Shown here one piece after another: positions 46,901 through 61,900 of a stretch of 64,000 nt of DNA. Under the pieces are notes generated by a model that saw nothing but the letters and a program-made list of their open reading frames with translations, made no database searches and was not told the origin of the DNA. The first letter of the stretch is position 1; every line of letters begins with the position of its first letter. Position numbers and translations under genes: made by a program. Origin of the DNA: Antechinus flavipes (lineage: Eukaryota); contig NC_067404.1 of assembly GCF_016432865.1 (NCBI RefSeq), forward strand, positions 85,498,001 to 85,562,000, given 5' to 3'.

Positions 46901-49900
46901 CCAATGACGATCAAGTGTGGAAGCCAAGCCATGGAAATGAGTGGCAGAAATCCTGAATGAAGATAAGAGGCAGACCCCCCAAGGAAATGAGAAGCAGAGA
47001 TCCCCAATGAAGATCAGAGGCAGACATCCCCAAAGTAGATCAATGGTGGAAGCGCTGCCATGGAAATGAGAGTCAGAGATCGCTAATGAAGATCAGAGGT
47101 AGACCCCCCATGGAAATGGGACGCAGAGATCCCGAATGAAGATAAGAGGCAGACCCAACATGGAAATGAGAGGCAGAGATCCCCAGTGACGATCAAGGGT
47201 GGAACCAAGCCATGGAAATGAGTGGCAGAAATCCTGAATGAAGATAAGAGGGAGACCCCCTAAGGAAATGAGAAGCAGAGATCCCCAATGAACATCCAGG
47301 TTAGACCCCCATGGAAATGAGAGGCAGAGATCCCGAATGACTATCACAGGCAGAATTCCCCAAATGAGGTTCAAGGGTGGAACTAAAGGCATGGAAATGA
47401 GGGGCAGAGATCCCCAGTGAAGATCAGAGGCAGAGATCATCAATGAAGATCAAGGGTGGAAGCCCTGCCATGGAAATGAGAGTCAGAGATCCCTAATGAA
47501 GATCAGAGGTAGACCCCCCATGGAAATGGGACGCAGAGATCCCGAATGAAGATAAGAGGCAGACCCAACATGGAAATGAGAGGCAGAGATCCCCAATGAC
47601 GATCAAGGGTGGAACCCAAGCCATGGAAATGAGTGGCAGAAATCCTGAATGAAGATAAGAGGCAGACCCCCTAAGGAAATGAGAAGCAGAGATCCTCAAT
47701 CAAGATCAGAGGCAGAGATCCCCAATGACCATCAATGGTGGAAGCCCTGACATGGAAATGAGAGGCAGAAATAGCAAATGAAGATAAGAGGGAGACCCCC
47801 TAAGGAAATGAGAAGCAGAGATCCCCAATGAACATCCCAGGTTAGACCCCCATGGAAATGAGAGGCAGAGATCCCCAATGAAGATCAAGGGTGGAAGCCC
47901 TGCCATGAGAGACAGCAAATGAAGATAAGAGGCAGACACCGTAAGGAAATGAGAGGCAGAGATCCCCAATGAAGATCAAGGGTGGAAGCCCTGCCATGAG
48001 AGACAGCAAATGAAGATAAGAGGCAGACACCGTAAGGAAATGAGAGGTAGAGATTCCCAATGAAGATCAGATGAAGAACGTCCATGGAAATGAGAGGGAG
48101 AGATCCCCAATGAAGATCTGAGGCAAACCCAACATGGAAATGAGAGGCAGAGATCCCCAATGAATATTAGAGGCAGAGAGATCCCCAATGAAGATCAAGA
48201 ATGGAACCAAAGCCATGGAAATGAGAGGCAGAGATCCCCAATGAATATTAGAGGCAGAGAGATCCCCAATGAAGATCAAGAGTGGAACCAAAGCCATGGA
48301 AATGATAGGCAGAGATCCCCAATGAAGATCAAGGGTGGAAGCCCTGCCATGAAAGACAGCAAATGAAGATAAGAGGCAGACACCGTAAGGAAATGAGAGG
48401 TAGAGATTCCCAAGGAAGATCACAGGTAGACCACCCATGGAAATGAGAGGCAGAGATGGCGATGAAGATGAGAAATAGAGATTCCCAATGAAGATCAGAC
48501 GAAGAACGCCCATGGAAATGAGTGGCAGAGACAGACCCCCTAAGGAAATGAGAAGCAGAGATACCCAATGACGATCACGGGCAGAGATCCCCAATGAAGA
48601 CCATGGGTGGAACCAAAGTCAGGGAAATGAGAAGCAGAGATCCCTAAAGAAGAATAGAGGCAGAGAGGTCCCTAATAAAAATGATAGGTAGTCCCCCAAT
48701 GGAAATGAGAGGTAGGGATCCCCAATGACGATCAGAGGCAGAGATCATCAATGAAGATCAAGGGTGGAAGCCCTGCCATGGAAATGAGAGTCAGAGATCC
48801 CTAATGAAGATCAGAGGTAGACCCCCCCATGGAAAGGAGAGGCAGAGAGGGCGATGAAGATGAGAAATAGAGATTCCCAATGAAGATCAGACAAAGGACG
48901 CCCATGAAAATGAGAGGCAGAGATCCCCAATGAAGATCAGAGGCAGAGATCCCCAATGAAGATCAAGGGTGGAAGCCCTGCCATGAGAGACAGCAAATGA
49001 AGATAAGAGGCAGACATCGTAAGGAAATGAGAGGTAGAGATTCCCAATGAAGATCACAGGTAGACCCCCCCATGGAAATGAGACGCAGAGATCCCGAATG
49101 AAGATAAGAGGCAGACCCCCTAAGGAAATGAGAAGCAGAGATCCTCAATCAAGATCAGAGGCAGAGATCCCCAATGACCACCAATGGTGGAAGCCCTGCC
49201 ATGGAAATGAGAGGCAGAAATAGCAAATGAAGATAAGAGGCAGACCCCCCATGGAAATGAGAGGCAGAGATTCCCAATGAAGATCAGAGGCAGAGATCCC
49301 CGTAGATCAATGGTGGAAGCGCTGCCATGGAAATGAGAGTCAGAGATAGCAAATGAAGATCAGAAGCAGAGATCCCCAATGAAGATCAAGAGTGGAACCA
49401 AAGTCATGGAAATGACAGGCAGAGATCCCCAATGAAGTTCACAGGTAGACCACCCATGGAAATGAGAGGCAGAGATCCCCAATGAAAAATAGAGGCAGAG
49501 AGGTCCCCAATAAAAATCACAGGCACACCCCCAATGGAAATGAGAGGTAGGCATCCCCAATGAAGATCAGAGGCAGAGATCATTAATGAAGATCAAGGGT
49601 GGAAGCCCTGCCATGGAAATGAGAGTCAGAGATCCCTAATGAAGATCAGAGGTAGACCCCCCATGGAGAGGAGAGGCAGAGATGGCGATGAAGATGAGAA
49701 ATAGAGATTCCCAATGAAGATCAGACGAAGAACACCCATGGAAATGAGAGGCAGAGATCCCCAATGAAGATCAGAGGGAAAGATCCCCAATGAAGATCAA
49801 GGGTGGAAGCCCTGCCATGAGAGACAGCAAATGAAGATAAGAGGCAGACACCGTAAGGAAATGAGAGGCAGAGATCCCCAAGTTCACAGGTAGACCACCC

Positions 49901-52900
49901 ATGGAAATGAGAGGCAGAGATGGCGATGAAGATGAGAAGTAGAGATTCCCAATGAAGATCAGATGAAGAACGTCCATGGAAATGAGAGGGAGAGATCCCC
50001 AATGAAGATCTGAGGCAGACCCAACATGGAAATGAGAGGCAGAGATCCCCAATGAATATTAGAGGCAGAGAGATCCCCAATGAAGATCAAGAGTGGAACC
50101 CAAGCCATGGAAATGATAGGCAGAGATCCCCAATGAAGTTCACAGGTAGACCACCCATGGAAATGAGCGGCAGAGATCCCTAATGAAGAATAGAGGCAGA
50201 GATCATCAATGAAGATCAAGGGTGGAAGCCCTGCCATGGAAATGAGACTCAGAAATCCCTAATGAAGATCAGAGGTAGACCCCCCATGGAGAGGAGAGGC
50301 AGAGATCCCCAATGACGATCAGAGGCAGAGATCCCCAATGAAGATCAAGGGTGGAAGCCCTGCCATGGAAATGAGAGGCAGAGATTCCCAATGAAGATCA
50401 GAAGCAGAGATCCCCAATGACAATCAAGTGTGGAAGCCAAGCCATGGAAATGAGTGGCAGAAATCCTTAATGAAGATAAGAGGCAGACCCCCCAAAGAAA
50501 TGAGAAGCAGAGATCCCCAATGAAGATCAGAGGCAGACATCCCCAAAGTAGATCAATGGTGGAAGCGCTGCCATGGAAATGAGAGTCAGAGATCCCTAAT
50601 GAAGATCAGAGGTAGACCCCCCATGGAAATGGGACGCAGAGATCCCGAATGAAGATAAGAGGCAGACCCAACATGGAAATGAGAGGCAGAGATCCCCAAT
50701 GACGATCAAGGGTGGAACCCAAGCCATGGAAATGAGTGGCAGAAATCCTGAATGAAGATAAGAGGCAGACCCAACATGGAAATGAGAGGCAGAGATCCCC
50801 AATGACGATCAAGGGTGGAACCCAAGCCATGGAAATGAGTGGCAGAAATCCTGAATGAAGATAAGAGGGAGACCCCCTAAGGAAATGAGAAGCAGAGATC
50901 CCCAATGAACATCCCAGGTTAGACCCCCCATGGAAATGAGAGGCAGAGATCCCGAATGACTATCACAGGCAGAATTCCCCAAATGAGGTTCAAGGGTGGA
51001 ACTAAAGGCATGGAAATGAGGGGCAGAGATCCCCAGTGAAGATCAGAGGCAGAGATCATCAATGAAGATCAAGGGTGGAAGCCCTGCCATGGAAATGAGA
51101 GTCAGAGATCCCTAATGAAGATCAGAGGTAGACCCCCCATGGAAATGGGATGCAGAGATCCCGAATGAAGATAAGAGGCAGACCCAACATGGAAATGAGA
51201 GGCAGAAATCCTGAATGAAGATAAGAGGCAGACCCCCTAAGGAAATGAGAAGCAGAGATCCTCAATCAAGATCAGAGGCAGAGATCCCCAATGACCATCA
51301 ATGGTGGAAGCCCTGCCATGGAAATGAGAGGCAGAAATAGCAAATGAAGATAAGAGGCAGACCCCCCATGGAAATGAGAGGCAGAGATTCCCAATGAAGA
51401 TCAGAGGCAGAGATCCCCGTAGATCAATGGTGGAAGCGCTGCCATGGAAATGAGAGTCAGAGATAGCAAATGAAGATCAGAAGCAGAGATCCCCAATGAA
51501 GATCAAGAGTGGAACCAAAGTCATGGAAATGACAGGCAGAGATCCCCAATGAAGTTCACAGGTAGACCACCCATGGAAATGAGAGGCAGAGATCCCCAAT
51601 GAAAAATAGAGGCAGAGAGGTCCCCAATAAAAATCACAGGCACACCCCCAATGGAAATGAGAGGTAGGCATCCCCAATGAAGATCAGAGGCAGAGATCAT
51701 TAATGAAGATCAAGGGTGGAAGCCCTGCCATGGAAATGAGAGTCAGAGATCCCTAATGAAGATCAGAGGTAGACCCCCCATGGAGAGGAGAGGCAGAGAT
51801 GGCGATGAAGATGAGAAATAGAGATTCCCAATGAAGATCAGACGAAGAACACCCATGGAAATGAGAGGCAGAGATCCCCAATGAAGATCAGAGGGAAAGA
51901 TCCCCAATGAAGATCAAGGGTGGAAGCCCTGCCATGAGAGACAGCAAATGAAGATAAGAGGCAGACACCGTAAGGAAATGAGAGGCAGAGATCCCCAAGT
52001 TCACAGGTAGACCACCCATGGAAATGAGAGGCAGAGATGGCGATGAAGATGAGAAGTAGAGATTCCCAATGAAGATCAGATGAAGAACGTCCATGGAAAT
52101 GAGAGGGAGAGATCCCCAATGAAGATCTGAGGCAGACCCAACATGGAAATGAGAGGCAGAGATCCCCAATGAATATTAGAGGCAGAGAGATCCCCAATGA
52201 AGATCAAGAGTGGAACCCAAGCCATGGAAATGATAGGCAGAGATCCCCAATGAAGTTCACAGGTAGACCACCCATGGAAATGAGCGGCAGAGATCCCTAA
52301 TGAAGAATAGAGGCAGAGATCATCAATGAAGATCAAGGGTGGAAGCCCTGCCATGGAAATGAGACTCAGAAATCCCTAATGAAGATCAGAGGTAGACCCC
52401 CCATGGAGAGGAGAGGCAGAGATCCCCAATGACGATCAGAGGCAGAGATCCCCAATGAAGATCAAGGGTGGAAGCCCTGCCATGGAAATGAGAGGCAGAG
52501 ATTCCCAATGAAGATCAGAAGCAGAGATCCCCAATGACAATCAAGTGTGGAAGCCAAGCCATGGAAATGAGTGGCAGAAATCCTTAATGAAGATAAGAGG
52601 CAGACCCCCCAAAGAAATGAGAAGCAGAGATCCCCAATGAAGATCAGAGGCAGACATCCCCAAAGTAGATCAATGGTGGAAGCGCTGCCATGGAAATGAG
52701 AGTCAGAGATCCCTAATGAAGATCAGAGGTAGACCCCCCATGGAAATGGGACGCAGAGATCCCGAATGAAGATAAGAGGCAGACCCAACATGGAAATGAG
52801 AGGCAGAGATCCCCAATGACGATCAAGGGTGGAACCCAAGCCATGGAAATGAGTGGCAGAAATCCTGAATGAAGATAAGAGGGAGACCCCCTAAGGAAAT

Positions 52901-55900
52901 GAGAAGCAGAGATCCCCAATGAACATCCCAGGTTAGACCCCCCATGGAAATGAGAGGCAGAGATCCCGAATGACTATCACAGGCAGAATTCCCCAAATGA
53001 GGTTCAAGGGTGGAACTAAAGGCATGGAAATGAGGGGCAGAGATCCCCAGTGAAGATCAGAGGCAGAGATCATCAATGAAGATCAAGGGTGGAAGCCCTG
53101 CCATGGAAATGAGAGTCAGAGATCCCTAATGAAGATCAGAGGTAGACCCCCCATGGAAAGGAGAGGCAGAGATGGCGATGAAGATGAGAAACAGAGATTC
53201 CCAATGAAGATCAGACGAAGGACGCCCATGGAAATGAGAGGCAGAGATCCCCAATGAAGATCAGAGGCAGAGATCCCCAATGAAGATCAAGGGTGGAAGC
53301 CCTGCCATGAGAGACAGCAAATGAAGATAAGAGGCAGACATCGTAAGGAAATGAGAGGTAGAGCTTCCCAATGAAGATCACAGGTAGACCACCCATGGAA
53401 ATGAGAGGCAGAGATGGCGATGAAGATGAGAAGTAGAGATTCCCAATGAAGATCAGAGGCAGAGATCCCCAAAGTAGATCAATGGTGGAAGCGCTGCCAT
53501 GGAAATGAGAGTCAGAGATCCCTAATGAAGATCAGAAGCAGACCCCCTATGGAAATGAGAGGCAGAGATCCCCAATGACGAGTAGAGGCAGAGATCCCCA
53601 AATGAGGTTCAAGGGTGGAACTCAAGCTATGGAAATGAAAGCAGAGATCCCCAATGAAGTTCAGACGAAGAACGCCCATGGAAATGAGAGGCAGAGATCC
53701 CTAATGAAGAATAGAGGCAGAGAGGACCCCAATAAAAATCATAGGCACACCCCCAATGGAAATGAGGCACAGAGATCCCCAATGAAGATCAGAGGCAGAG
53801 ATCATCAATGAAGATCAAGGGTGGAAGCCCTGCCATGGAAATGAGAGTCAGAGATCCCTAATGAAGATCAGAGGTAGACCCCCCCCATGGAGAGGAGAGG
53901 CAGAGATCCCCAATGACGATCAGAGGCAGAGATCCCCAATGAAGATCAAGGGGGGAAGCCCTGCCATGGAAATGAGAGGCAGAGATTCCCAATGAAGATC
54001 AGAAGCAGAGATCCCCAATGACGATCAAGGGTGGAACTCAAGCCATGGAAATGTGAGCAGAGATCCCCGATGAAGTTTAGAATTAGACCCCCCAAGGAAA
54101 TGAGAAGCAGAGATCCCCAATGAAGATCAGAGGCAGACATCCCCAAAGTAGATCAATGGTGGAAGCGCTGCCATGGAAATGAGAGTCAGAGATCCCTAAT
54201 GAAGATCAGAGGTAGACCCCCCATGGAAATGGGACGCAGAGATCCCGAATGAAGATAAGAGGCAGACCCAACATGGAAATGAGAGGCAGAGATCCCCAGT
54301 GACGATCAAGGGTGGAACCCAAGCCATGGAAATGAGTGGCAGAAATCCTGAATGAAGATAAGAGGCAGACCCCCTAAGGAAATGAGAAGCAGAGATCCTC
54401 AATCAAGATCAGAGGCAGAGATCCCCAATGACCATCAATGGTGGAAGCCCTGACATGGAAATGAGAGTCAGAGATCCCTAATGAAGATCAGAGGGAAAGA
54501 TCCCCAATGAAGATCAAGGGTGGAAGCCCTGCCATGAGAGACAGCAAATGAAGATAAGAGGCAGACATCGTAAGGAAATGAGAGGCAGAGATCCCCAAGT
54601 TCACAGGTAGACCACCCATGGAAATGAGAGGCAGAGATGGCGATGAAGATGAGAAGTAGAGATTCTCAATGAAGATCAGATGAAGAACGTCCATGGAAAT
54701 GAGAGGGAGAGATCCCCAATGAAGATCTGAGGCAGACCCAACATGGAAATGAGAGGCAGAGATCCCCAATGAATATTAGAGGCAGAGAGATCCCCAATGA
54801 AGATCAAGAGTGGAACCCAAGCCATGGAAATGATAGGCAGATATCCCCAATGAAGTTCACAGGTAGACCACCCATGGAAATGAGCGGCAGAGATCCCTAA
54901 TGAAGAATAGAGGCAGAGAGGTCCCCAATAAAAATCATAGGCACACCCCCAATGGAAATGAGGGGCAGAGATCCCCAATGAAGATCAGAGGCAGAGATCA
55001 TCAATGAAGATCAAGGGTGGAAGCCCTGCCATGGAAATGAGAGGCAGAGATTCCCAATGAAGATCAGAAGCAGAGATCCCCAATGACGATCAAGTGTGGA
55101 AGCCAAGCCATGGAAATGAGTGGCAGAAATCCTGAATGAAGATAAGAGGCAGACCCCCCAAGGAAATGAGAAGCAGAGATCCCCAATGAAGATCAGAGGC
55201 AGACATCCCCAAAGTAGATCAATGGTGGAAGCGCTGCCATGGAAATGAGAGTCAGAGATCGCTAATGAAGATCAGAGGTAGACCCCCCATGGAAATGGGA
55301 CGCAGAGATCCCGAATGAAGATAAGAGGCAGACCCAACATGGAAATGAGAGGCAGAGATCCCCAGTGACGATCAAGGGTGGAACCCAAGCCATGGAAATG
55401 AGTGGCAGAAATCCTGAATGAAGATAAGAGGGAGACCCCCTAAGGAAATGAGAAGCAGAGATCCCCAATGAACATCCCAGGTTAGACCCCCCATGGAAAT
55501 GAGAGGCAGAGATCCCGAATGACTATCACAGGCAGAATTCCCCAAATGAGGTTCAAGGGTGGAACTAAAGCCATGGAAATGAGGGGCAGAGATCCCCAGT
55601 GAAGATCAGAGGCAGAGATCATCAATGAAGATCAAGGGTGGAAGCCCTGCCATGGAAATGAGAGTCAGAGATCCCTAATGAAGATCAGAGGTAGACCCCC
55701 CATGGAAATGGGATGCAGAGATCCCGAATGAAGATAAGAGGCAGACCCAACATGGAAATGAGAGGCAGAGATCCCCAATGACGATCAAGGGTGGAACCCA
55801 AGCCATGGAAATGAGTGGCAGAAATCCCGAATGAAGATAAGAGGCAGACCCAACATGGAAATGAGAGGCAGAGATCCCCAATGACGATCAAGGGTGGAAC

Positions 55901-58900
55901 CCAAGCCATGGAAATGAGTGGCAGAAATCCTGAATGAAGATAAGAGGCAGACCCCCTAAGGAAATGAGAAGCAGAGATCCTCAATCAAGATCAGAGGCAG
56001 AGATCCCCAATGACCATCAATGGTGGAAGCCCTGACATGGAAATGAGAGGCAGAAATAGCAAATGAAGATAAGAGGGAGACCCCCTAAGGAAATGAGAAG
56101 CAGAGATCCCCAATGAACATCCCAGGTTAGACCCCCCATGGAAATGAGAGGCAGAGATCCCCAATGAAGATCAAGGGTGGAAGCCCTGCCATGAGAGACA
56201 GCAAATGAAGATAAGAGGCAGACACCGTAAGGAAATGAGAGGTAGAGATTCCCAATGAAGATCAGATGAAGAACGTCCATGGAAATGAGAGGGAGAGATC
56301 CCCAATGAAGATCTGAGGCAAACCCAACATGGAAATGAGAGGCAGAGATCCCCAATGAATATTAGAGGCAGAGAGATCCCCAATGAAGATCAAGAATGGA
56401 ACCAAAGCCATGGAAATGAGAGGCAGAGATCCCCAATGAATATTAGAGGCAGAGAGATCCCCAATGAAGATCAAGAGTGGAACCAAAGCCATGGAAATGA
56501 TAGGCAGAGATCCCCAATGAAGATCAAGGGTGGAAGCCCTGCCATGAAAGACAGCAAATGAAGATAAGAGGCAGACACCGTAAGGAAATGAGAGGTAGAG
56601 ATTCCCAAGGAAGATCACAGGTAGACCACCCATGGAAATGAGAGGCAGAGATGGCGATGAAGATGAGAAATAGAGATTCCCAATGAAGATCAGACGAAGA
56701 ACGCCCATGGAAATGAGTGGCAGAGACAGACCCCCTAAGGAAATGAGAAGCAGAGATACCCAATGACGATCACAGGCAGAGATCCCCAATGAAGACCATG
56801 GGTGGAACCAAAGTCAGGGAAATGAGAAGCAGAGATCCCTAAAGAAGAATAGAGGCAGAGAGGTCCCTAATAAAAATGATAGGTAGTCCCCCAATGGAAA
56901 TGAGAGGTAGGGATCCCCAATGACGATCAGAGGCAGAGATCATCAATGAAGATCAAGGGTGGAAGCCCTGCCATGGAAATGAGAGTCAGAGATCCCTAAT
57001 GAAGATCAGAGGTAGACCCCCCATGGAAAGGAGAGGCAGAGAGGGCGATGAAGATGAGAAATAGAGATTCCCAATGAAGATCAGACAAAGGACGCCCATG
57101 AAAATGAGAGGCAGAGATCCCCAATGAAGATCAGAGGCAGAGATCCCCAATGAAGATCAAGGGTGGAAGCCCTGCCATGAGAGACAGCAAATGAAGATAA
57201 GAGGCAGACATCGTAAGGAAATGAGAGGTAGAGATTCCCAATGAAGATCACAGGTAGACCCCCCATGGAAATGAGACGCAGAGATCCCGAATGAAGATAA
57301 GAGGCAGACCCCCTAAGGAAATGAGAAGCAGAGATCCTCAATCAAGATCAGAGGCAGAGATCCCCAATGACCACCAATGGTGGAAGCCCTGCCATGGAAA
57401 TGAGAGGCAGAAATAGCAAATGAAGATAAGAGGCAGACCCCCCATGGAAATGAGAGGCAGAGATTCCCAATGAAGATCAGAGGCAGAGATCCCCGTAGAT
57501 CAATGGTGGAAGCGCTGCCATGGAAATGAGAGTCAGAGATAGCAAATGAAGATCAGAAGCAGAGATCCCCAATGAAGATCAAGAGTGGAACCAAAGTCAT
57601 GGAAATGACAGGCAGAGATCCCCAATGAAGTTCACAGGTAGACCACCCATGGAAATGAGAGGCAGAGATCCCCAATGAAAAATAGAGGCAGAGAGGTCCC
57701 CAATAAAAATCACAGGCACACCCCCAATGGAAATGAGAGGTAGGCATCCCCAATGAAGATCAGAGGCAGAGATCATTAATGAAGATCAAGGGTGGAAGCC
57801 CTGCCATGGAAATGAGAGTCAGAGATCCCTAATGAAGATCAGAGGTAGACCCCCCATGGAGAGGAGAGGCAGAGATGGCGATGAAGATGAGAAATAGAGA
57901 TTCCCAATGAAGATCAGACGAAGAACACCCATGGAAATGAGAGGCAGAGATCCCCAATGAAGATCAGAGGGAAAGATCCCCAATGAAGATCAAGGGTGGA
58001 AGCCCTGCCATGAGAGACAGCAAATGAAGATAAGAGGCAGACACCGTAAGGAAATGAGAGGCAGAGATCCCCAAGTTCACAGGTAGACCACCCATGGAAA
58101 TGAGAGGCAGAGATGGCGATGAAGATGAGAAGTAGAGATTCCCAATGAAGATCAGATGAAGAACGTCCATGGAAATGAGAGGGAGAGATCCCCAATGAAG
58201 ATCTGAGGCAGACCCAACATGGAAATGAGAGGCAGAGATCCCCAATGAATATTAGAGGCAGAGAGATCCCCAGTGAAGATCAAGAGTGGAACCCAAGCCA
58301 TGGAAATGATAGGCAGAGATCCCCAATGAAGTTCACAGGTAGACCACCCATGGAAATGAGCGGCAGAGATCCCTAATGAAGAATAGAGGCAGAGAGGTCC
58401 CCAGTAAAAATCATAGGCACACCCCCAATGGAAATGAGGGGCAGAGATCCCCAATGAAGATCAGAGGCAGAGATCATCAATGAAGATCAAGGGTGGAAGC
58501 CCTGCCATGGAAATGAGACTCAGAGATCCCTAATGAAGATCAGAGGTAGACCCCCCATGGAGAGGAGAGGCAGAGATCCCCAATGACGATCAGAGGCAGA
58601 GATCCCCAATGAAGATCAAGGGTGGAAGCCCTGCCATGGAAATGAGAGGCAGAGATTCCCAATGAAGATCAGAAGCAGAGATCCCCAATGACGATCAAGT
58701 GTGGAAGCCAAGCCATGGAAATGAGTGGCAGAAATCCTTAATGAAGATAAGAGGCAGACCCCCCAAAGAAATGAGAAGCAGAGATCCCCAATGAAGATCA
58801 GAGGCAGACATCCCCAAAGTAGATCAATGGTGGAAGCGCTGCCATGGAAATGAGAGTCAGAGATCCCTAATGAAGATCAGAGGTAGACCCCCCATGGAAA

Positions 58901-61900
58901 TGGGACGCAGAGATCCCGAATGAAGATAAGAGGCAGACCCAACATGGAAATGAGAGGCAGAGATCCCCAATGACGATCAAGGGTGGAACCCAAGCCATGG
59001 AAATGAGTGGCAGAAATCCCGAATGAAGATAAGAGGGAGACCCCCTAAGGAAATGAGAAGCAGAGATCCCCAATGAACATCCCAGGTTAGACCCCCCATG
59101 GAAATGAGAGGCAGAGATCCCGAATGACTATCACAGGCAGAATTCCCCAAATGAGGTTCAAGGGTGGAACTAAAGGCATGGAAATGAGGGGCAGAGATCC
59201 CCAGTGAAGATCAGAGGCAGAGATCATCAATGAAGATCAAGGGTGGAAGCCCTGCCATGGAAATGAGAGTCAGAGATCCCTAATGAAGATCAGAGGTAGA
59301 CCCCCCATGGAAAGGAGAGGCAGAGATGGCGATGAAGATGAAGATGAGAAATAGAGATTCCCAATGAAGATCAGACGAAGGACGCCCATGGAAATGAGAG
59401 GCAGAGATCCCCAATGAAGATCAGAGGCAGAGATCCCCAATGAAGATCAAGGGTGGAAGCCCTGCCATGAGAGACAGCAAATGAAGATAAGAGGCAGACA
59501 CCGTAAGGAAATGAGAGGTAGAGCTTCCCAATGAAGATCACAGGTACACCACCCATGGAAATGAGAGGCAGAGATGGCGATGAAGATGAGAAGCAGACCC
59601 CCTATGGAAATGAGAGGCAGAGATCCCCAATGACGAGTAGAGGCAGAGATCCCCAAATGAGGTTCAAGGGTGGAACTCAAGCTATGGAAATGAAAGCAGA
59701 GATCCCCAATGAAGTTCAGACGAAGAACGCCCATGGAAATGAGAGGCAGAGATTCCTAATGAAGAATAGAGGCAGAGAGGACCCCAATAAAAATCATAGG
59801 CACACCCCCAATGGAAATGAGGCACAGAGATCCCCAATGAAGATCAGAGGCAGAGATCATCAATGAAGATCAAGGGTGGAAGCCCTGCCATGGAAATGAG
59901 AGTCAGAGATCCCTAATGAAGATCAGAGGTAGACCCCCCCATGGAGAGGAGAGGCAGAGATCCCCAATGACGATCAGAGGCAGAGATCCCCAATGAAGAT
60001 CAAGGGGGGAAGCCCTGCCATGGAAATGAGAGGCAGAGATTCCCAATGAAGATCAGAAGCAGAGATCCCCAATGACGATCAAGGGTGGAACTCAAGCCAT
60101 GGAAATGTGAGCAGAGATCCCCGACGAAGTTTAGAATTAGACCCCCAAGGAAATGAGAAGCAGAGATCCCCAATGAAGATCAGAGGCAGACATCCCCAAA
60201 GTAGATCAATGGTGGAAGCGCTGCCATGGAAATGAGAGTCAGAGATCCCTAATGAAGATCAGAGGTAGACCCCCCATGGAAATGGGACGCAGAGATCCCG
60301 AATGAAGATAAGAGGCAGACCCAACATGGAAATGAGAGGCAGAGATCCCCAGTGACGATCAAGGGTGGAACCCAAGCCATGGAAATGAGTGGCAGAAATC
60401 CTGAATGAAGATAAGAGGCAGACCCCCTAAGGAAATGAGAAGCAGAGATCCTCAATCAAGATCAGAGGCAGAGATCCCCAATGACCATCAATGGTGGAAG
60501 CCCTGACATGGAAATGAGAGGCAGAAATAGCAAATGAAGATAAGAGGGAGACCCCCTAAGGAAATGAGAAGCAGAGATCCCCAATGAACATCCCAGGTTA
60601 GACCCCCATGGAAATGAGAGGCAGAGATCCCCAATGAAGATCAAGGGTGGAAGCCCTGCCATGAGAGACAGCAAATGAAGATAAGAGGCAGACACCGTAA
60701 GGAAATGAGAGGTAGAGATTCCCAATGAAGATCAGATGAAGAACGTCCATGGAAATGAGAGGGAGAGATCCCCAATGAAGATCTGAGGCAGACCCAACAC
60801 GGAAATGAGAGGCAGAGATCCCCAATGAATATTAGAGGCAGAGAGATCCCCAATGAAGATCAAGAGTGGAACCAGAGCCATGGAAATGAGAGGCAGAGAT
60901 CCCCAATGAATATTAGAGGCAGAGAGATCCCCAATGAAGATCAAGAGTGGAACCAAAGCCATGGAAATGATAGGCAGAGATCCCCAATGAAGTGTACAGG
61001 TAGACCACCCATGGAAATGAGAGGCAGAGATCCCCAATGAATATTAGAGGCAGAGAGATCCCCAATGAAGATCAAGAGTGGAACCAAAGTCATGGAAATG
61101 ACAGGCAGAGATCCCCAATGAAGTTCACAGGTAGACCACCATGGAAATGAGAGGCAGAGATCCCCAATGAAAAATAGAGGCAGAGAGGTCCCCAATAAAA
61201 ATCACAGGCACACCCCCAATGGAAATGAGAGGTAGGCATCCCCAATGAAGATCAGAGGCAGAGATCATTAATGAAGATCAAGGGTGGAAGCCCTGCCATG
61301 GAAATGAGAGTCAGAGATCCCTAATGAAGATCAGAGGTAGACCCCCCATGGAGAGGAGAGGCAGAGATGGCGATGAAGATGAGAAATAGAGATTCCCAAT
61401 GAAGATCAGACGAAGAACACCCATGGAAATGAGAGGCAGAGATCCCCAATGAAGATCAGAGGGAAAGATCCCCAATGAAGATCAAGGGTGGAAACCCTGC
61501 CATGAGAGACAGCAAATGAAGATAAGAGGCAGACACCGTAAGGAAATGAGAGGCAGAGATCCCCAAGTTCACAGGTAGACCACCCATGGAAATGAGAGGC
61601 AGAGATGGCGATGAAGATGAGAAGTAGAGATTCCCAATGAAGATCAGATGAAGAACGTCCATGGAAATGAGAGGGAGAGATCCCCAATGAAGATCTGAGG
61701 CAGACCCAACATGGAAATGAGAGGCAGAGATCCCCAATGAATATTAGAGGCAGAGAGATCCCCAGTGAAGATCAAGAGTGGAACCCAAGCCATGGAAATG
61801 ATAGGCAGAGATCCCCAATGAAGTTCACAGGTAGACCACCCATGGAAATGAGCGGCAGAGATCCCTAATGAAGAATAGAGGCAGAGAGGTCCCCAATAAA